64,000 bases of DNA from a virus (taxonomy: Duplodnaviria > Heunggongvirae > Uroviricota > Caudoviricetes): positions 129,656-193,655 of IMG/VR virus record IMGVR_UViG_3300005512_000002; one strand, written 5' to 3'. The position numbers were made by a program, and so were the translations under genes. The notes beneath the pieces were generated by a model. The model worked only from the letters and a program-made list of their open reading frames with translations, did no database searches and had not been told where the DNA came from. This document shows positions 20,198 to 29,663 of this stretch, in pieces (position 1 is the first letter of the stretch; every line of letters begins with the position of its first letter).

Positions 20198-21058
20198 TTA
20201 GCTCTCCTGGTCCTGTCCCGGAAGCTCCGGGGTTTGGGCCGGCTGGTCCGGCTGGTCCGGCTGGTTGCGGGCCTGCAGGGGCAAGGGGTTTTCCGTCCGT
20301 CGCTTGGTGACTTCCAGGAACTGCTGCTCCTGCTCATTCTGCACCACGATGACCTGCTGGCGGGCGGACTTGTCGATATCGGGGTTGCGCGGGTCGGCCT
20401 GTCCGGCCATGACCGCGATGTTGAAGTTGGTGGTGGCGCCCTGGCCCTTCTTCTGGTGCTCCAGGCGATCGGTGCGGCGGGCGGCGAGGTTTTCGCGGGC
20501 CCGCTGCAACCGCAGGGCCGACTCGTGGTAAGCCCGCGCGTCGTACTCTTTGGGCCGCTGAGCCTGCAGGGTGCGCAAGCGCTGCTGGATGACGGTTTCC
20601 CAGCAGATCACGGCCACGTCGGTCTGGTCTTCGGCCAGGGTGTACTCGGGATGATCAGCGAACCAGTGGTTCCAGGTCTCGCAGTAGGTGGCCAGTTCCA
20701 GTTCGCTCAGGACAGCCCGGGTCTGCCGATAGCGGGCGGTCTGGGGGCCGCCCAGGACCGGCGGGACCGGCACCGAAGGCTGGTCGGCCGGCGGCTGGTC
20801 ATCCGGCAGGGTATCCGGCAGGGTGGTTTCGGGTTGCTGGGCGGGTTCGGTCATGTGCTTGTGTCGTTTCAGGTTGCCGGCTGATCGTTTCCAGCCGTCC
20901 GCTGTCCAGCCGCGATACTGAGCCAGTTGGCGAATCTGGGCAGCCCGGCCGGGATCTGGATCGTCAGGGGCCGGCAGGGCGTCCGGGGGCTGGATCTGGT
21001 CCAGTTCCTCTTGGTTGTACTGCCACAGCCGCATGGACCTCACCGATGCCCGTTTCAC
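20198..21058 (-). CDS. possible terminase small subunit
   Basis: Helical protein upstream of the terL cluster with a TerS-like C-terminal half. The call rests mainly on position. Confidence 0.4.
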   Translation of the reverse strand: MKRASVRSMRLWQYNQEELDQIQPPDALPAPDDPDPGRAAQIRQLAQYRGWTADGWKRSAGNLKRHKHMTEPAQQPETTLPDTLPDDQPPADQPSVPVPPVLGGPQTARYRQTRAVLSELELATYCETWNHWFADHPEYTLAEDQTDVAVICWETVIQQRLRTLQAQRPKEYDARAYHESALRLQRARENLAARRTDRLEHQKKGQGATTNFNIAVMAGQADPRNPDIDKSARQQVIVVQNEQEQQFLEVTKRRTENPLPLQARNQPDQPDQPAQTPELPGQDQES

Positions 21059-21732
21059 GGCCGTGTTCCATCCTGGATGCTCAACTGGGCGACTTTCTCG
21101 CGGATGCGCTTGATCATCATGCTGAGGCTGGAAGCCTGCTTGTAGCCCAGTTGCTGGGCCAGGTCCTTGACCAGCATTTCGGGATGGGCCATGTACTGCT
21201 CGAAGACGGCGGCCTGGGCCCGGGTCAGGTACTTGCCCGGGTGCTTGAGCAGGTCCTCGGCGATCTGGTCGATCTGGTGATCGTGCAGGGTGTCCGGAGC
21301 CGCGACCAGGTCACCGAGTTCTTCCGGGTCGATGAGCATCTCCTTGTTGCGGCGGGCGGCCCGGGCGAAGGTGCGCATTTCCTGGCGGAGGAAATTGGCG
21401 ATGCACGAGTAGACGTAGGTTCCCAGCTTGGTCTTGCGTTGGCGGTCGAACTGGGGCAGGCTTCGTTCCCACAGGCTGATCTTGCAGGTCTGGGCCAGTT
21501 CTTCGACCTGGTCCTCGCTGACCCGCTGGCCGCACTGGTTGCGGATGAGGTAGTAGATCATGTCCTCGACACCTTCGAGGACCAGTCCGATCTGATCGCG
21601 GATGAAAGCGTGATCTTCGGGATGGCCGCGTCGTGGCCTGAAGGGGTAGCGGCGGTTCGGGAGTCCGAACTGTCGGCCTGTCAGGTAATGACGGGTCGTG
21701 GTCTTAGCTGATCGGGGCGTCGGCTGGGGCAC
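21055..21732 (-). CDS. sigma-70 family RNA polymerase sigma factor (start uncertain)
   Basis: Region 2-like EELAQTCKISLW..LPQFD...KLGTYVYSCIANFLRQ; region 4-like LTRAQ...KDLAQQLG...IKRIREK. Confidence 0.8.
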   Translation of the reverse strand: MPQPTPRSAKTTTRHYLTGRQFGLPNRRYPFRPRRGHPEDHAFIRDQIGLVLEGVEDMIYYLIRNQCGQRVSEDQVEELAQTCKISLWERSLPQFDRQRKTKLGTYVYSCIANFLRQEMRTFARAARRNKEMLIDPEELGDLVAAPDTLHDHQIDQIAEDLLKHPGKYLTRAQAAVFEQYMAHPEMLVKDLAQQLGYKQASSLSMMIKRIREKVAQLSIQDGTRP

Positions 21733-22501
21733 GGGCGGGTCCTGCCTGGGGCGCCCCCGGAAGCCCCGGAAGTGGCGGGGTTTCCGGGGCCCGGCCGAGC
21801 TTCAGCACATCGGCGATCACCCCGTCGGCCTTGCGCGAAGCGCAGTAGTCGGCCAGGAAGGTGAGGGTGGCGACGTGCTTGTTGTCCGGCTGGGTCAGCG
21901 CGTGCGGGGCCCACTTTTCCGGCTTGGTCCAGGGGCCCATGTGTCCCGCGACAGCGTGCAGCAGAAGCAGGTGGTCGGGGTGCCCGACCTGCCCGTTGAG
22001 CACACGGGTGAAGATGGCATGGGCCATGTCCACTCCGTGGCAGGAGACGATGTAGTTGCGACCGCCACTGCCCTTGCGTTCGGGCAGATCGGCCTTGGTG
22101 GCATCGCCGTTTTTCATCATGTCGTGCAGCATGACCGCCCCCAGGACCACGTCGTGATGCCAGGTGATCGCGCGGCGGTTTTGGGGATCGACACCCTGGG
22201 GGTAGGGGTCCATGGCCCGCATGATCTCGCAGGCCCAGTAGCAGCCGTAGAGGGTGTGGCGGACCAGTCCGCCGGGGCCGGCGGAGACCGCCGGATGGTA
22301 CTTGCCGCTGTTGGACGCCGGCCGCTGCCAGAAGTCATCCTGGCAGCAGGCGGCGGCGCAGTCGATGATCCACTGTCGCCAGGCGGGGTTGCGGATGCCG
22401 TTAAGGTGCTCGACGCCGCCGTACTTCCAGGCCCCGTCGGGCAGCAGCCCCAGGGGTCCGGCGAAGTGATGGGTCATGAGGGCATGAACGTCCTGGCCCA
22501 T
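21704..22501 (-). CDS. HD-domain phosphohydrolase (phage YhaM-like)
   Basis: Motifs PASNSGKYHP...GGLVRHT, MLHDMMK, GHMGPW and LADYCASRK. Confidence 0.85.
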   Translation of the reverse strand: MGQDVHALMTHHFAGPLGLLPDGAWKYGGVEHLNGIRNPAWRQWIIDCAAACCQDDFWQRPASNSGKYHPAVSAGPGGLVRHTLYGCYWACEIMRAMDPYPQGVDPQNRRAITWHHDVVLGAVMLHDMMKNGDATKADLPERKGSGGRNYIVSCHGVDMAHAIFTRVLNGQVGHPDHLLLLHAVAGHMGPWTKPEKWAPHALTQPDNKHVATLTFLADYCASRKADGVIADVLKLGRAPETPPLPGLPGAPQAGPARAPADAPIS

Positions 22502-22568
22502 GTTGCTCTCTCTTAACCTCTGAACTGCGTCCACAACTTTCAAAAGTTCACAACTCTAAAGCGTGTGC

Positions 22569-22597
22569 ATGGTACCAGAGTTGACGGAGGTTGTCTA
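22569..22597 (-). promoter_or_regulatory. sigma70-like promoter for the HD/sigma genes
   Basis: On the minus strand: TAGACA-17 bp-TACCAT in an AT-rich intergenic gap. Confidence 0.55.
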
Positions 22598-22658
22598 TCC
22601 CTGCAACGATAAATGAGCCAATCTTTATGACTGGTTGTAGCGATTGTGCCGGATAGGA

Positions 22659-23007
22659 TCAGGCGTAGAACTCGATGGGGGCGGCGTCGGGCCGGACCAG
22701 GCGGCGGAAGCGGGTGGGCCAGGTATCGTGGCCACCGCAGGCCGGACAAGCCAGGCCGGCGGCCGTGCTCACGAAGCGCTCACCGCACGATGTGCAGACT
22801 CGGCCCGTCAGCAGGACCGGGGAGCCGGCAGGCGGCTTCGCTCTTGGCACAGTGGCAATAGGGGCAAGCGTGCTCACGTTGGTCATCCGTCACCGGAAAC
22901 AGTCGCCCGCAGGACCGGCAGCGGCGGCGGTTCTCCACCACGCCGGTGGCCCGATCGAAACCGACGGGCACCGTGGACGGGCGATCATCCGAAGGTTGTT
23001 CGGCCAT
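22659..23007 (-). CDS. double zinc-ribbon protein split over two overlapping frames (or two small Zn-ribbon genes)
   Basis: CRSC..CPYC lies in the 22780..23007 frame and CTSC..CPAC in the 22659..22886 frame. Confidence 0.5.
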
Positions 23008-23053
23008 GGTTGGGACCTCCCACAATGATGATATGGGAGCAAACTTCAAAAAC

Positions 23054-23587
23054 TCACAATTCGGCGGTGTGGCCGGGCTGCAGAATCTCCACGGCAGCGA
23101 TCAGCCAGTCGTGCATGGCCAGGCAGTGATCGGCGATCTGGACCAGGTCACGATTGGGGTAGACCTGGCTGTAGCGGGCGAAGAACCGCTGAACCAGTTG
23201 GATGATGGCATCTTCGGAAAGCGGGCCAAGTCGCGCTTGCATCCAGGCACACAGGCAGGTCAGGGCCGCCGCCGGCGACCGGCTGACTCCCCTGCTGCAG
23301 TGGATCAGGCACGGTCCGGGGTGTTCCAGGACAATCTGGGCAAAGTCGGCAAGTTGGCGAACCTGCTCGATGGTGGGAGGGTGATAATCATCGCTGCGCA
23401 CGCGAGCGGGTCCGATGCTGTCGTGGAACTGCAGGTGCAGGCGGTAGGGAATGGCATGAAAGCCAGGTGCGGGGGGATACCCAGGATCGCTGATGGACAC
23501 CACGGCTGCGATGCGTGGGTGTCGTTGCAGCAGGTGCTCGACCTGCCAGCGGGCACAGAGGACGATCTGGGGCTCGGCGGAGGTCAT
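23054..23587 (-). CDS. protein tyrosine/dual-specificity phosphatase family
   Basis: CX5R active site IHCSRGVSRS, plus VVSISDP, LQFHD and PNRDLV. Confidence 0.9.
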   Translation of the reverse strand: MTSAEPQIVLCARWQVEHLLQRHPRIAAVVSISDPGYPPAPGFHAIPYRLHLQFHDSIGPARVRSDDYHPPTIEQVRQLADFAQIVLEHPGPCLIHCSRGVSRSPAAALTCLCAWMQARLGPLSEDAIIQLVQRFFARYSQVYPNRDLVQIADHCLAMHDWLIAAVEILQPGHTAEL

Positions 23588-23668
23588 TTTATCGGGCCGT
23601 CAGAAAACAGAAGCGAAGAACTGGCCGATGTTTATCGTCAGAAAGGGTATGGCGTGTTGAAAACAACG

Positions 23669-24010
23669 TCAGGGTTTGAACCCGGCTCGGCGAAGGATCT
23701 GCTGAATCGTCTGGCCCCGGGTCGCTACGGGCAGATGCCGCACGCTGGAATGGACACCAGGCAGCACGCGGGCCAGGACCTGGTCCGGCGAGGAGAAGTC
23801 GGCCAGGTGTCTGGTGACGACCTTGCGCAGGGCCAGGCGGGCGGCTCCCAGGCAGGGGGCACGGACGGCAAGAACGGTGGCGACCCGTTGCTCACTAGAG
23901 GCCACGGAGGCCCAGGGAAACAGGTCGAGCAAGCGCAGCCAGGCTGCTTGGCACTGGGGTCCAGTCAGTTCGAGGGTGAACAGGTGCCGGTCATGGGGGG
24001 TCGGGGGCAT
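23669..24010 (-). CDS. hypothetical protein
   Basis: ORF in a co-directional run. Confidence 0.5.
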   Translation of the reverse strand: MPPTPHDRHLFTLELTGPQCQAAWLRLLDLFPWASVASSEQRVATVLAVRAPCLGAARLALRKVVTRHLADFSSPDQVLARVLPGVHSSVRHLPVATRGQTIQQILRRAGFKP

Positions 24011-24416
24011 GGGAGCGTCCGGAGTACAGCGGCCACAGCTTCACCAGCCCATGGGGGTTGGCCACCAGGGACAGCAGGCGGTCCATGTACAGGTCCTCGG
24101 GCAGCACGTCAAAGCTGATCTCGACCTGCCAGGCCCGTTGGTGGATCAGTTCGCGCAGGCGGGTGACCAGGTTCTCACTGGTCTGGGCAATCAGACTCTG
24201 GGTATCTTCGGCATACACGCTGTAGAGCACGGCCAGGGCGTCCTGTTCGGCGATGTCCACCAGCCGGACGTTGCAGCCGCCGGTCCACATGCGCTCGTAG
24301 AACCAGATGGCCAGGGGATGGCGATCCTCGCCGACGAAGATCCAGCGGACGACGAAAAGGGGACAATCTTCTTCAACTGGATCGTCGTCGGGCAGCATGG
24401 GGATATGATCAGGCAC
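23991..24416 (-). CDS. hypothetical protein
   Basis: GAGGA RBS and GTG start; globular-looking sequence. Confidence 0.6.
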   Translation of the reverse strand: MPDHIPMLPDDDPVEEDCPLFVVRWIFVGEDRHPLAIWFYERMWTGGCNVRLVDIAEQDALAVLYSVYAEDTQSLIAQTSENLVTRLRELIHQRAWQVEISFDVLPEDLYMDRLLSLVANPHGLVKLWPLYSGRSHAPDPP

Positions 24417-24975
24417 GGATGGTCCTCGGGAGTTGGGTGTCGGTATTGATGGGCATGATGACGCGAAAGTCGAAGCGATCGCACATGGTGGCCTCGAAGA
24501 ACTTGACATCGCCCCGGAAGAACTGGTCGTTGGCCTGTTTGATGTCGTGGTCGGGCTTGATCTTCAAGGTCTTGCGTCGGGGGGCCATGCGGGTCTTGAC
24601 GACTGTCTCGACGGCGAGCTTGACCTTTTTCTGCAGTTCGGCGGGGGTCCACAGCCGGTAATGCACGAAGGTGCAGATGGCCGACTGGGTACGATCATCC
24701 ATGGCTACCAGCACGACGTAGACGAAGGCACTGTTCAGGCCTTCGGGCGGCTGCTTGAGCGGGGTGTTCAAGACGTAGCAGGCCAGGTTGTGCACGGCCC
24801 CCAGGGGGGCATTGGGTTCACCCTGATCAGGGCCGGTGGCGGTGATGTTCTGGTACTGGAAAACCTCCTCGCCACTGTCCAGGGCTGAGACTTGGTGGCC
24901 ACCAGGATCGACCTGGGGCTTCTGGACGGCTGGGTCCTGGTTGGGATCGGGCAGAGGCAAGTGGTTCATGCTCAT
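24409..24975 (-). CDS. hypothetical protein
   Basis: ORF coupled to its neighbours; coding-like codon bias. Confidence 0.65.
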   Translation of the reverse strand: MSMNHLPLPDPNQDPAVQKPQVDPGGHQVSALDSGEEVFQYQNITATGPDQGEPNAPLGAVHNLACYVLNTPLKQPPEGLNSAFVYVVLVAMDDRTQSAICTFVHYRLWTPAELQKKVKLAVETVVKTRMAPRRKTLKIKPDHDIKQANDQFFRGDVKFFEATMCDRFDFRVIMPINTDTQLPRTIRA

Positions 24976-24978
24976 GGT

Positions 24979-25476
24979 TTAACTCACAGGTCGTGGGTTT
25001 TGCTGGAAGGAAGCGTCGGGATCGAGCCCATGGTCGCGCAGCCGTTTTTCCAACTGGGCCACGCGCTGTCGCAGGGCCTGGAGGACGGTGGCATCGACCG
25101 GGTCCTGGGTCAAGGCCGGCGGGGGGGTGTTGGTCTGGGCCTGATACTGGTTAGCGCGGTGTTGCCAGGCCGAGACGTTGTTGCGCAGCAGGTGGTTGTC
25201 GCGTGACAGGTCTCGCACCTGGTGCTTGAGTTGCTGGTAATGAGCGATGGTCGGCTGCAGGTACGTGATGTGGGCGGCCAGGGCCTCCGGGGTGTAGGGG
25301 ATGACCGCATAGACGCCGCACTTGGTGCAGCGGCGATAGCCATAGCCCGGATCAGTCAGGGTCTGGTTCTCGACATCGGAGTTGATGACCGTGCCGGTGG
25401 CCTGGACCTGTCGGTTGCAGGCCACGCAGAAGCCATCGTCCGGATGCGAGGGTGGGGGGGGTGCTTGCTCGGGCAT
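24979..25476 (-). CDS. zinc-finger plus coiled-coil hypothetical protein
   Basis: CVAC...CTKC followed by a coiled coil. Confidence 0.6.
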   Translation of the reverse strand: MPEQAPPPPSHPDDGFCVACNRQVQATGTVINSDVENQTLTDPGYGYRRCTKCGVYAVIPYTPEALAAHITYLQPTIAHYQQLKHQVRDLSRDNHLLRNNVSAWQHRANQYQAQTNTPPPALTQDPVDATVLQALRQRVAQLEKRLRDHGLDPDASFQQNPRPVS

Positions 25477-25477
25477 G

Positions 25478-25849
25478 TCAACTGACGGGTCTTGGTTTTT
25501 GCTGCTGATCCACGGTCGGCTGCTCTTGCGGATGCGAAAGCCGCCGTGGAAGATCGGGATGGTCACGCGGCTGGCTGGCGAGGGGGCTGGTCCGTTGCTG
25601 CCCATAGGCGATTTCCCGCTTGCGGCGATCGTGATGCAGGGCGGTCTTGTAGTTTTCGGCCGAGTTGATGAGCTTGACCAGGTCATCCAAGGGCACACCA
25701 CGGTTCATGGCGTTGGCCAGCAGGGTGTTCACCGCCTGCATGCGGTTGAACGATTCGTCAGCGACAGTCCGATCGGGGGCGGGCAGATCGCTTGAGCTTT
25801 GAACCGGAAAATCTCCGAAATCCGGCGAAATATTGCCATTTTCAGCCAT
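25478..25849 (-). CDS. hypothetical protein
   Basis: ORF in a co-directional run. Confidence 0.55.
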   Translation of the reverse strand: MAENGNISPDFGDFPVQSSSDLPAPDRTVADESFNRMQAVNTLLANAMNRGVPLDDLVKLINSAENYKTALHHDRRKREIAYGQQRTSPLASQPRDHPDLPRRLSHPQEQPTVDQQQKPRPVS

Positions 25850-25861
25850 TTCTCGCCCAGA

Positions 25862-26680
25862 TCAGGCATTTTCGACCGCTTCCGGGTCACCGGCACAGGA
25901 GCAGTTTTCACAGTCCGAATGACCAGTCACAGCGGAATGTTCGGCACGGCGGGTGGCCCGGAGGAACTGGAGGGCCTGGTCCAGGTCGTAGACCGCTCGC
26001 AGGGGTGAAAACTGGAAACTCAGGTCGTAGTTGGCATGTGGGTGCAGGTAGATGGTGCGCGGTTCCTCGGACGGCTGCTTGAACAGGTGACCGTCGAAGC
26101 AGACCATGAATCCGGGTTCCTCGAAGTCAACACCCATGAGCGTGCCGACGTTGGTGTCAGCCGTGAAATCGGGATGCAGCTTCACAGTGACAGTGGCGTG
26201 CTGACCGGTTGGCAACGGCCACACGTGGCTGTCGTCCTGGTCCGAGACGGGTTCCGAGGTGGTGGGGGGGTCGGATTCTTCGGCCACCACGCGCGGTCGC
26301 GTACTGATCATGTGGATGTCGGCGGGGGGGCGGTATTGGGTCTGCAGCGAGGCGACGAACTCATAGCCTGCCGGCGCCGAGAGGTGACCCTCGGGTGAAC
26401 TGGCGGCGATCATGACCCTGACCAGGTGACGGACGGGCACAGTCATGGAGATCTGGTGCACGAAGGGACTGATGCGCACGGGTTGCTGAGCCACGGGCTC
26501 GGTGAAGCCCCCTGTTTCGAGCGGTGCGGCGACGGACCAGAAGGCGATATAGCCAAGCTGGTTGAAGACCGGTGCGGCCTGCTGCTGCTGGGCCTGGCTC
26601 ATGAGGATCTCGACCATGCCCTGCACGTCCGCGCTGGGCTCGAAGCGCAGCACGCTGGTCACGTGGGTGGGATCTGCCAT
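25862..26680 (-). CDS. hypothetical protein, first gene of the leftward unit
   Basis: GGAGAGGAG RBS before MADPTHV, with a promoter upstream. Confidence 0.7.
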   Translation of the reverse strand: MADPTHVTSVLRFEPSADVQGMVEILMSQAQQQQAAPVFNQLGYIAFWSVAAPLETGGFTEPVAQQPVRISPFVHQISMTVPVRHLVRVMIAASSPEGHLSAPAGYEFVASLQTQYRPPADIHMISTRPRVVAEESDPPTTSEPVSDQDDSHVWPLPTGQHATVTVKLHPDFTADTNVGTLMGVDFEEPGFMVCFDGHLFKQPSEEPRTIYLHPHANYDLSFQFSPLRAVYDLDQALQFLRATRRAEHSAVTGHSDCENCSCAGDPEAVENA

Positions 26681-26717
26681 TTCCAAATCTCCTCTCCGTG
26701 TGTGTGTGAGAGCAAGC

Positions 26718-26746
26718 ATGATACCACGCAGTTGTTTTCTCAGCAA
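26718..26746 (-). promoter_or_regulatory. sigma70-like leftward promoter
   Basis: On the minus strand: TTGCTG-17 bp-TATCAT with an extended -10 TG. Confidence 0.65.
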
Positions 26747-27084
26747 GGCAAAGTCGCAAATAGGCCCGGAAATTATTTTCAAACACGCAGTTTGCGCCAT
26801 GGGCGACAGAGGGCCCAGGAGAAACACCCCCCCCACCCCATCGAGATGGCGGCAGGGTGAACTGGTGGTAACGAGTGTGCCGGGCGGTGAACTGGGGCGG
26901 TGTAGGGGGGTTGGGTTGGCGTAGGTCTTGCGCATGGACCGGCCCATAGGAGAACGGGCGGGCGCACGCGAGCGAGCACGTCAAAGCCCCCCCGGTTCGG
27001 CGATTCACGTGAATCGGCGTGGTGGTCGTTGAGCCGGTCACGTTGGCCGGGTCACACACGAATCCCGTACACGGAGCTTCGCTC

Positions 27085-27735
27085 ATGGCCACCAAGTTGC
27101 AGAACGGTGCCCCGAAGGGGCAGGACAAGTCAGCACCGAAGCCGTCACGGCGTAGCCGTGGTAGCAAGAGCAAAGACCAGGACGCGACCCCGAAGGGGTC
27201 GGCTGGCGAGCAGGTCGAGCAGCAGTCGCCCCCGAAGGGGGCGAACGTGAAGTTCAGGGCGATTATGTCGGTCGTCAACGCCCGGATGATCCTGGTGACA
27301 CTGGGCAGGGGAAACCGCTTCGGCGGTTTCAGTCAGCGGTGTGGGATGCTCATGCGGAAGCTGATGGATATCAGCTTCGGCAACTACCGGCCCAGCGACG
27401 TGCTTTCCGCTTTGCGGAAAGAGGACTTCGCCGAGCAGTTCAAGGCCACGCTGAAAGCGTGGAAGGACGCCTGGTCACCCGGCGTCACGACGGAGACTGA
27501 AAGTCTCCGTGAGGGCCAGTATAAGGCCAGCATGGCCTTTGTGACCGAAGGTCACTACCGGCTGGTGGCCGATGCGGTCGAGTCGATGCTGGCCCATAGG
27601 GCCAGTGAGGTGGTGCTCCAGGATGGAGCAGGGAACACCCGTGTTCAGAACGTCATCGACGTTCTGGACCTCTGCTTCGGGATTAGGCTTACCTCGGCCC
27701 GGGCGGCCAACCTTAGGTTGAAGGGCACCCGGTGA
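27085..27735 (+). CDS. hypothetical basic protein with several embedded perfect hairpins
   Basis: GGAG RBS, 216 aa; the three PKG motifs are encoded by CCCCGAAGGGG hairpins. Confidence 0.6.
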   Translation: MATKLQNGAPKGQDKSAPKPSRRSRGSKSKDQDATPKGSAGEQVEQQSPPKGANVKFRAIMSVVNARMILVTLGRGNRFGGFSQRCGMLMRKLMDISFGNYRPSDVLSALRKEDFAEQFKATLKAWKDAWSPGVTTETESLREGQYKASMAFVTEGHYRLVADAVESMLAHRASEVVLQDGAGNTRVQNVIDVLDLCFGIRLTSARAANLRLKGTR

Positions 27736-28890
27736 GTCGAGCCAGCCCCTACGGGGCTGGTCAGCGGGCTCGGCAAGGGTCGAGCCTGCTGACCGAACCC
27801 GTAAGGTTCGGGTCAGCATCCGCATGTTGTGGTAAGCGGCTAGGCTGACGGGGCCACGTCCGGACGGCTTTGTCCCTGCGGGGACCGGCCTTGCCGGTAA
27901 AGTGCCTCGGCCCAGCGTACTGCGGCTGGTGATCGCCCACCGGGCTTGCTCCCTACGGGAGCCGCCTTTGTGGAATAGCGGCCAGTGTCAAGCGGCGACT
28001 GGAAAGCGCGTCTACCGACGAACGTGCTCAACGCCCCCTGTGGGAATCGTGGTCTTGGAGCAAGGTGTAGCGTGCTCGCCCAGCGAGCCGCAAGCATCGG
28101 GCCAAGGGAAGCAAGCCAGCAGGCATGGTGCCCGGTATGTACGGGGCAACCCAGCAGAGCATCACGTAGTGATGATGCCGCCGGCGGAAGCGGCTCTAGG
28201 GGCGACACCCCTGGGGTGATCCGCAGTAAGCGGTGGAATTGCGTGCTGTATGGTGCCCACGATGTACCTGGTCAAGCGTCGCCCGAACGGTGTCACCACG
28301 GTCGGTGGTCAATGGCCATGCCCGGTGTGCTTGATTCACAGAGTGTAAGAGATAGCCGGTTGCCAGACGAGCACCCGCCGTTGGGCGTAGCGTCCCCGTG
28401 GCGGGCCCGCGTAGAGTGCGTTGTGCCTGGGTGATGACGCATGGCTGGGATGCACCAGCCATGCCACTCCACTCCCTGGGATGCACGAAGCGTGAGCGTG
28501 GTGCCTGGTGTACGCTCCCTGACGGGAGCGAGCCAGGCCCGGGGGCCACGTTAGGGCAGCAGAGCGTGGCAATCGGTGAACGGTAGCACTCGCCGCCAGC
28601 CCCCACAGATCAGCCGTTTATGAGCGGTGGGGTAATGCGGTGCACAACCGATCATCCAGTCGGGGCGATGTTGCTGCGTAGCAGCATCACCAGGCCCGTA
28701 GAACAACGGGCTATGCCGATGGGCTTGAGCGTGCGGGCGATGGAACCTGCCCCACGCTGACGATGCCGAGTCGGTTGCTCGACCACTGATGCCCTGGCCC
28801 CACAGGGGGCCAGTGAGTTGCCACCGTCAGTGGTTCATGCCTCCGGTGTGCGCCGGGGGTGTGAACCCTGACGGTGATGTCAGGCAGGAG
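27736..28890 (+). ncRNA. candidate large structured non-coding RNA or structured ssDNA element (~1.15 kb; strand assumed)
   Basis: No credible ORF and more than 12 stem-loops, e.g. 27742-27760, 27761-27792, 27948-27962, 28439-28464, 28504-28537, 28672-28686, 28794-28813 and 28823/28875. Confidence 0.45.
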
Positions 28891-28897
28891 ATTCCCC

Positions 28898-29419
28898 ATG
28901 AACAGCGTGTACGATGCGAAGAACCCAGCACCTGGTGTGGTTGTGGCACCATGCCCGCATGAGCCCGCGAAGGGCCTGAGCAGCAGCCAGGCCAAGGGCC
29001 TGCGGCAGTACGAGCTTGGCGTGGTGAACCACCATGCCAAGTGCCAGCCCATGCGGCTGGATGTGTTGAGTGCAGCCCGTGAGGCCAACCGTGCAGGCCC
29101 GATTGTGGCCACGCATGGGCCCGGGGTGCGCCCTGCCAAGCGTAGGCGCAGCCCCAAGATGGGCACCACGAGCCTGTGCCATACCAGTGGCAATCGGGAT
29201 TTTGAGCTTGAGGCCAGTCGCAAGCGTAGTGCAAGCAAGCGTGCGGACAAGGCCCGCAGGCGGGGCAACCTGCTGCGCAGGGCCAAGGCAGCCATCCGGC
29301 AGGGCAATCGGGGTGCCCTGACCAGGGCCGTGCGCTGCATCATGCGGGAGTGTCCGGGCCAGGTAGGCGTGCTGCGTGGGTACGCTGCCCAGGTGAACGG
29401 CGACAAGCAGGCCCGGTAG
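28898..29419 (+). CDS. Arg/Lys-rich hypothetical protein
   Basis: AGGAG RBS; very basic C-terminal half. Confidence 0.6.
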   Translation: MNSVYDAKNPAPGVVVAPCPHEPAKGLSSSQAKGLRQYELGVVNHHAKCQPMRLDVLSAAREANRAGPIVATHGPGVRPAKRRRSPKMGTTSLCHTSGNRDFELEASRKRSASKRADKARRRGNLLRRAKAAIRQGNRGALTRAVRCIMRECPGQVGVLRGYAAQVNGDKQAR

Positions 29420-29663
29420 GGCCAATGTCTCATGAAAAACCGCCGGGGCAGCGCGATTGCGCCACACCCGACGGCTTCCGGGGGCAAGATAATCCTCCTC
29501 CTGCCTGGTGGGGCAACCTACCAGGACACCACGACCTGTGCAAGTCCGACCAGGTTTGCACGGGTTTCCCACAATCGGACCCGGGAATCCTGCACATGGC
29601 CGGCGGCCTGCCCGGCTATCGGTGCGCCCCGGAATCCCACACACGCAGGCCAGGAGACCAGCC

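Noticed and set aside
20231-20270. CTGGTCCGG 9-mer tandem repeat
   Set aside because: Explained by a low-complexity PDQ protein tail.
27736-28890. Group I/II intron, RNase P, tmRNA, tRNA or hammerhead identity for the structured region
   Set aside because: I could not find the domain V, P7, GAGGAAAGUCC, T-loop or CUGAUGA/GAAA signatures by eye.
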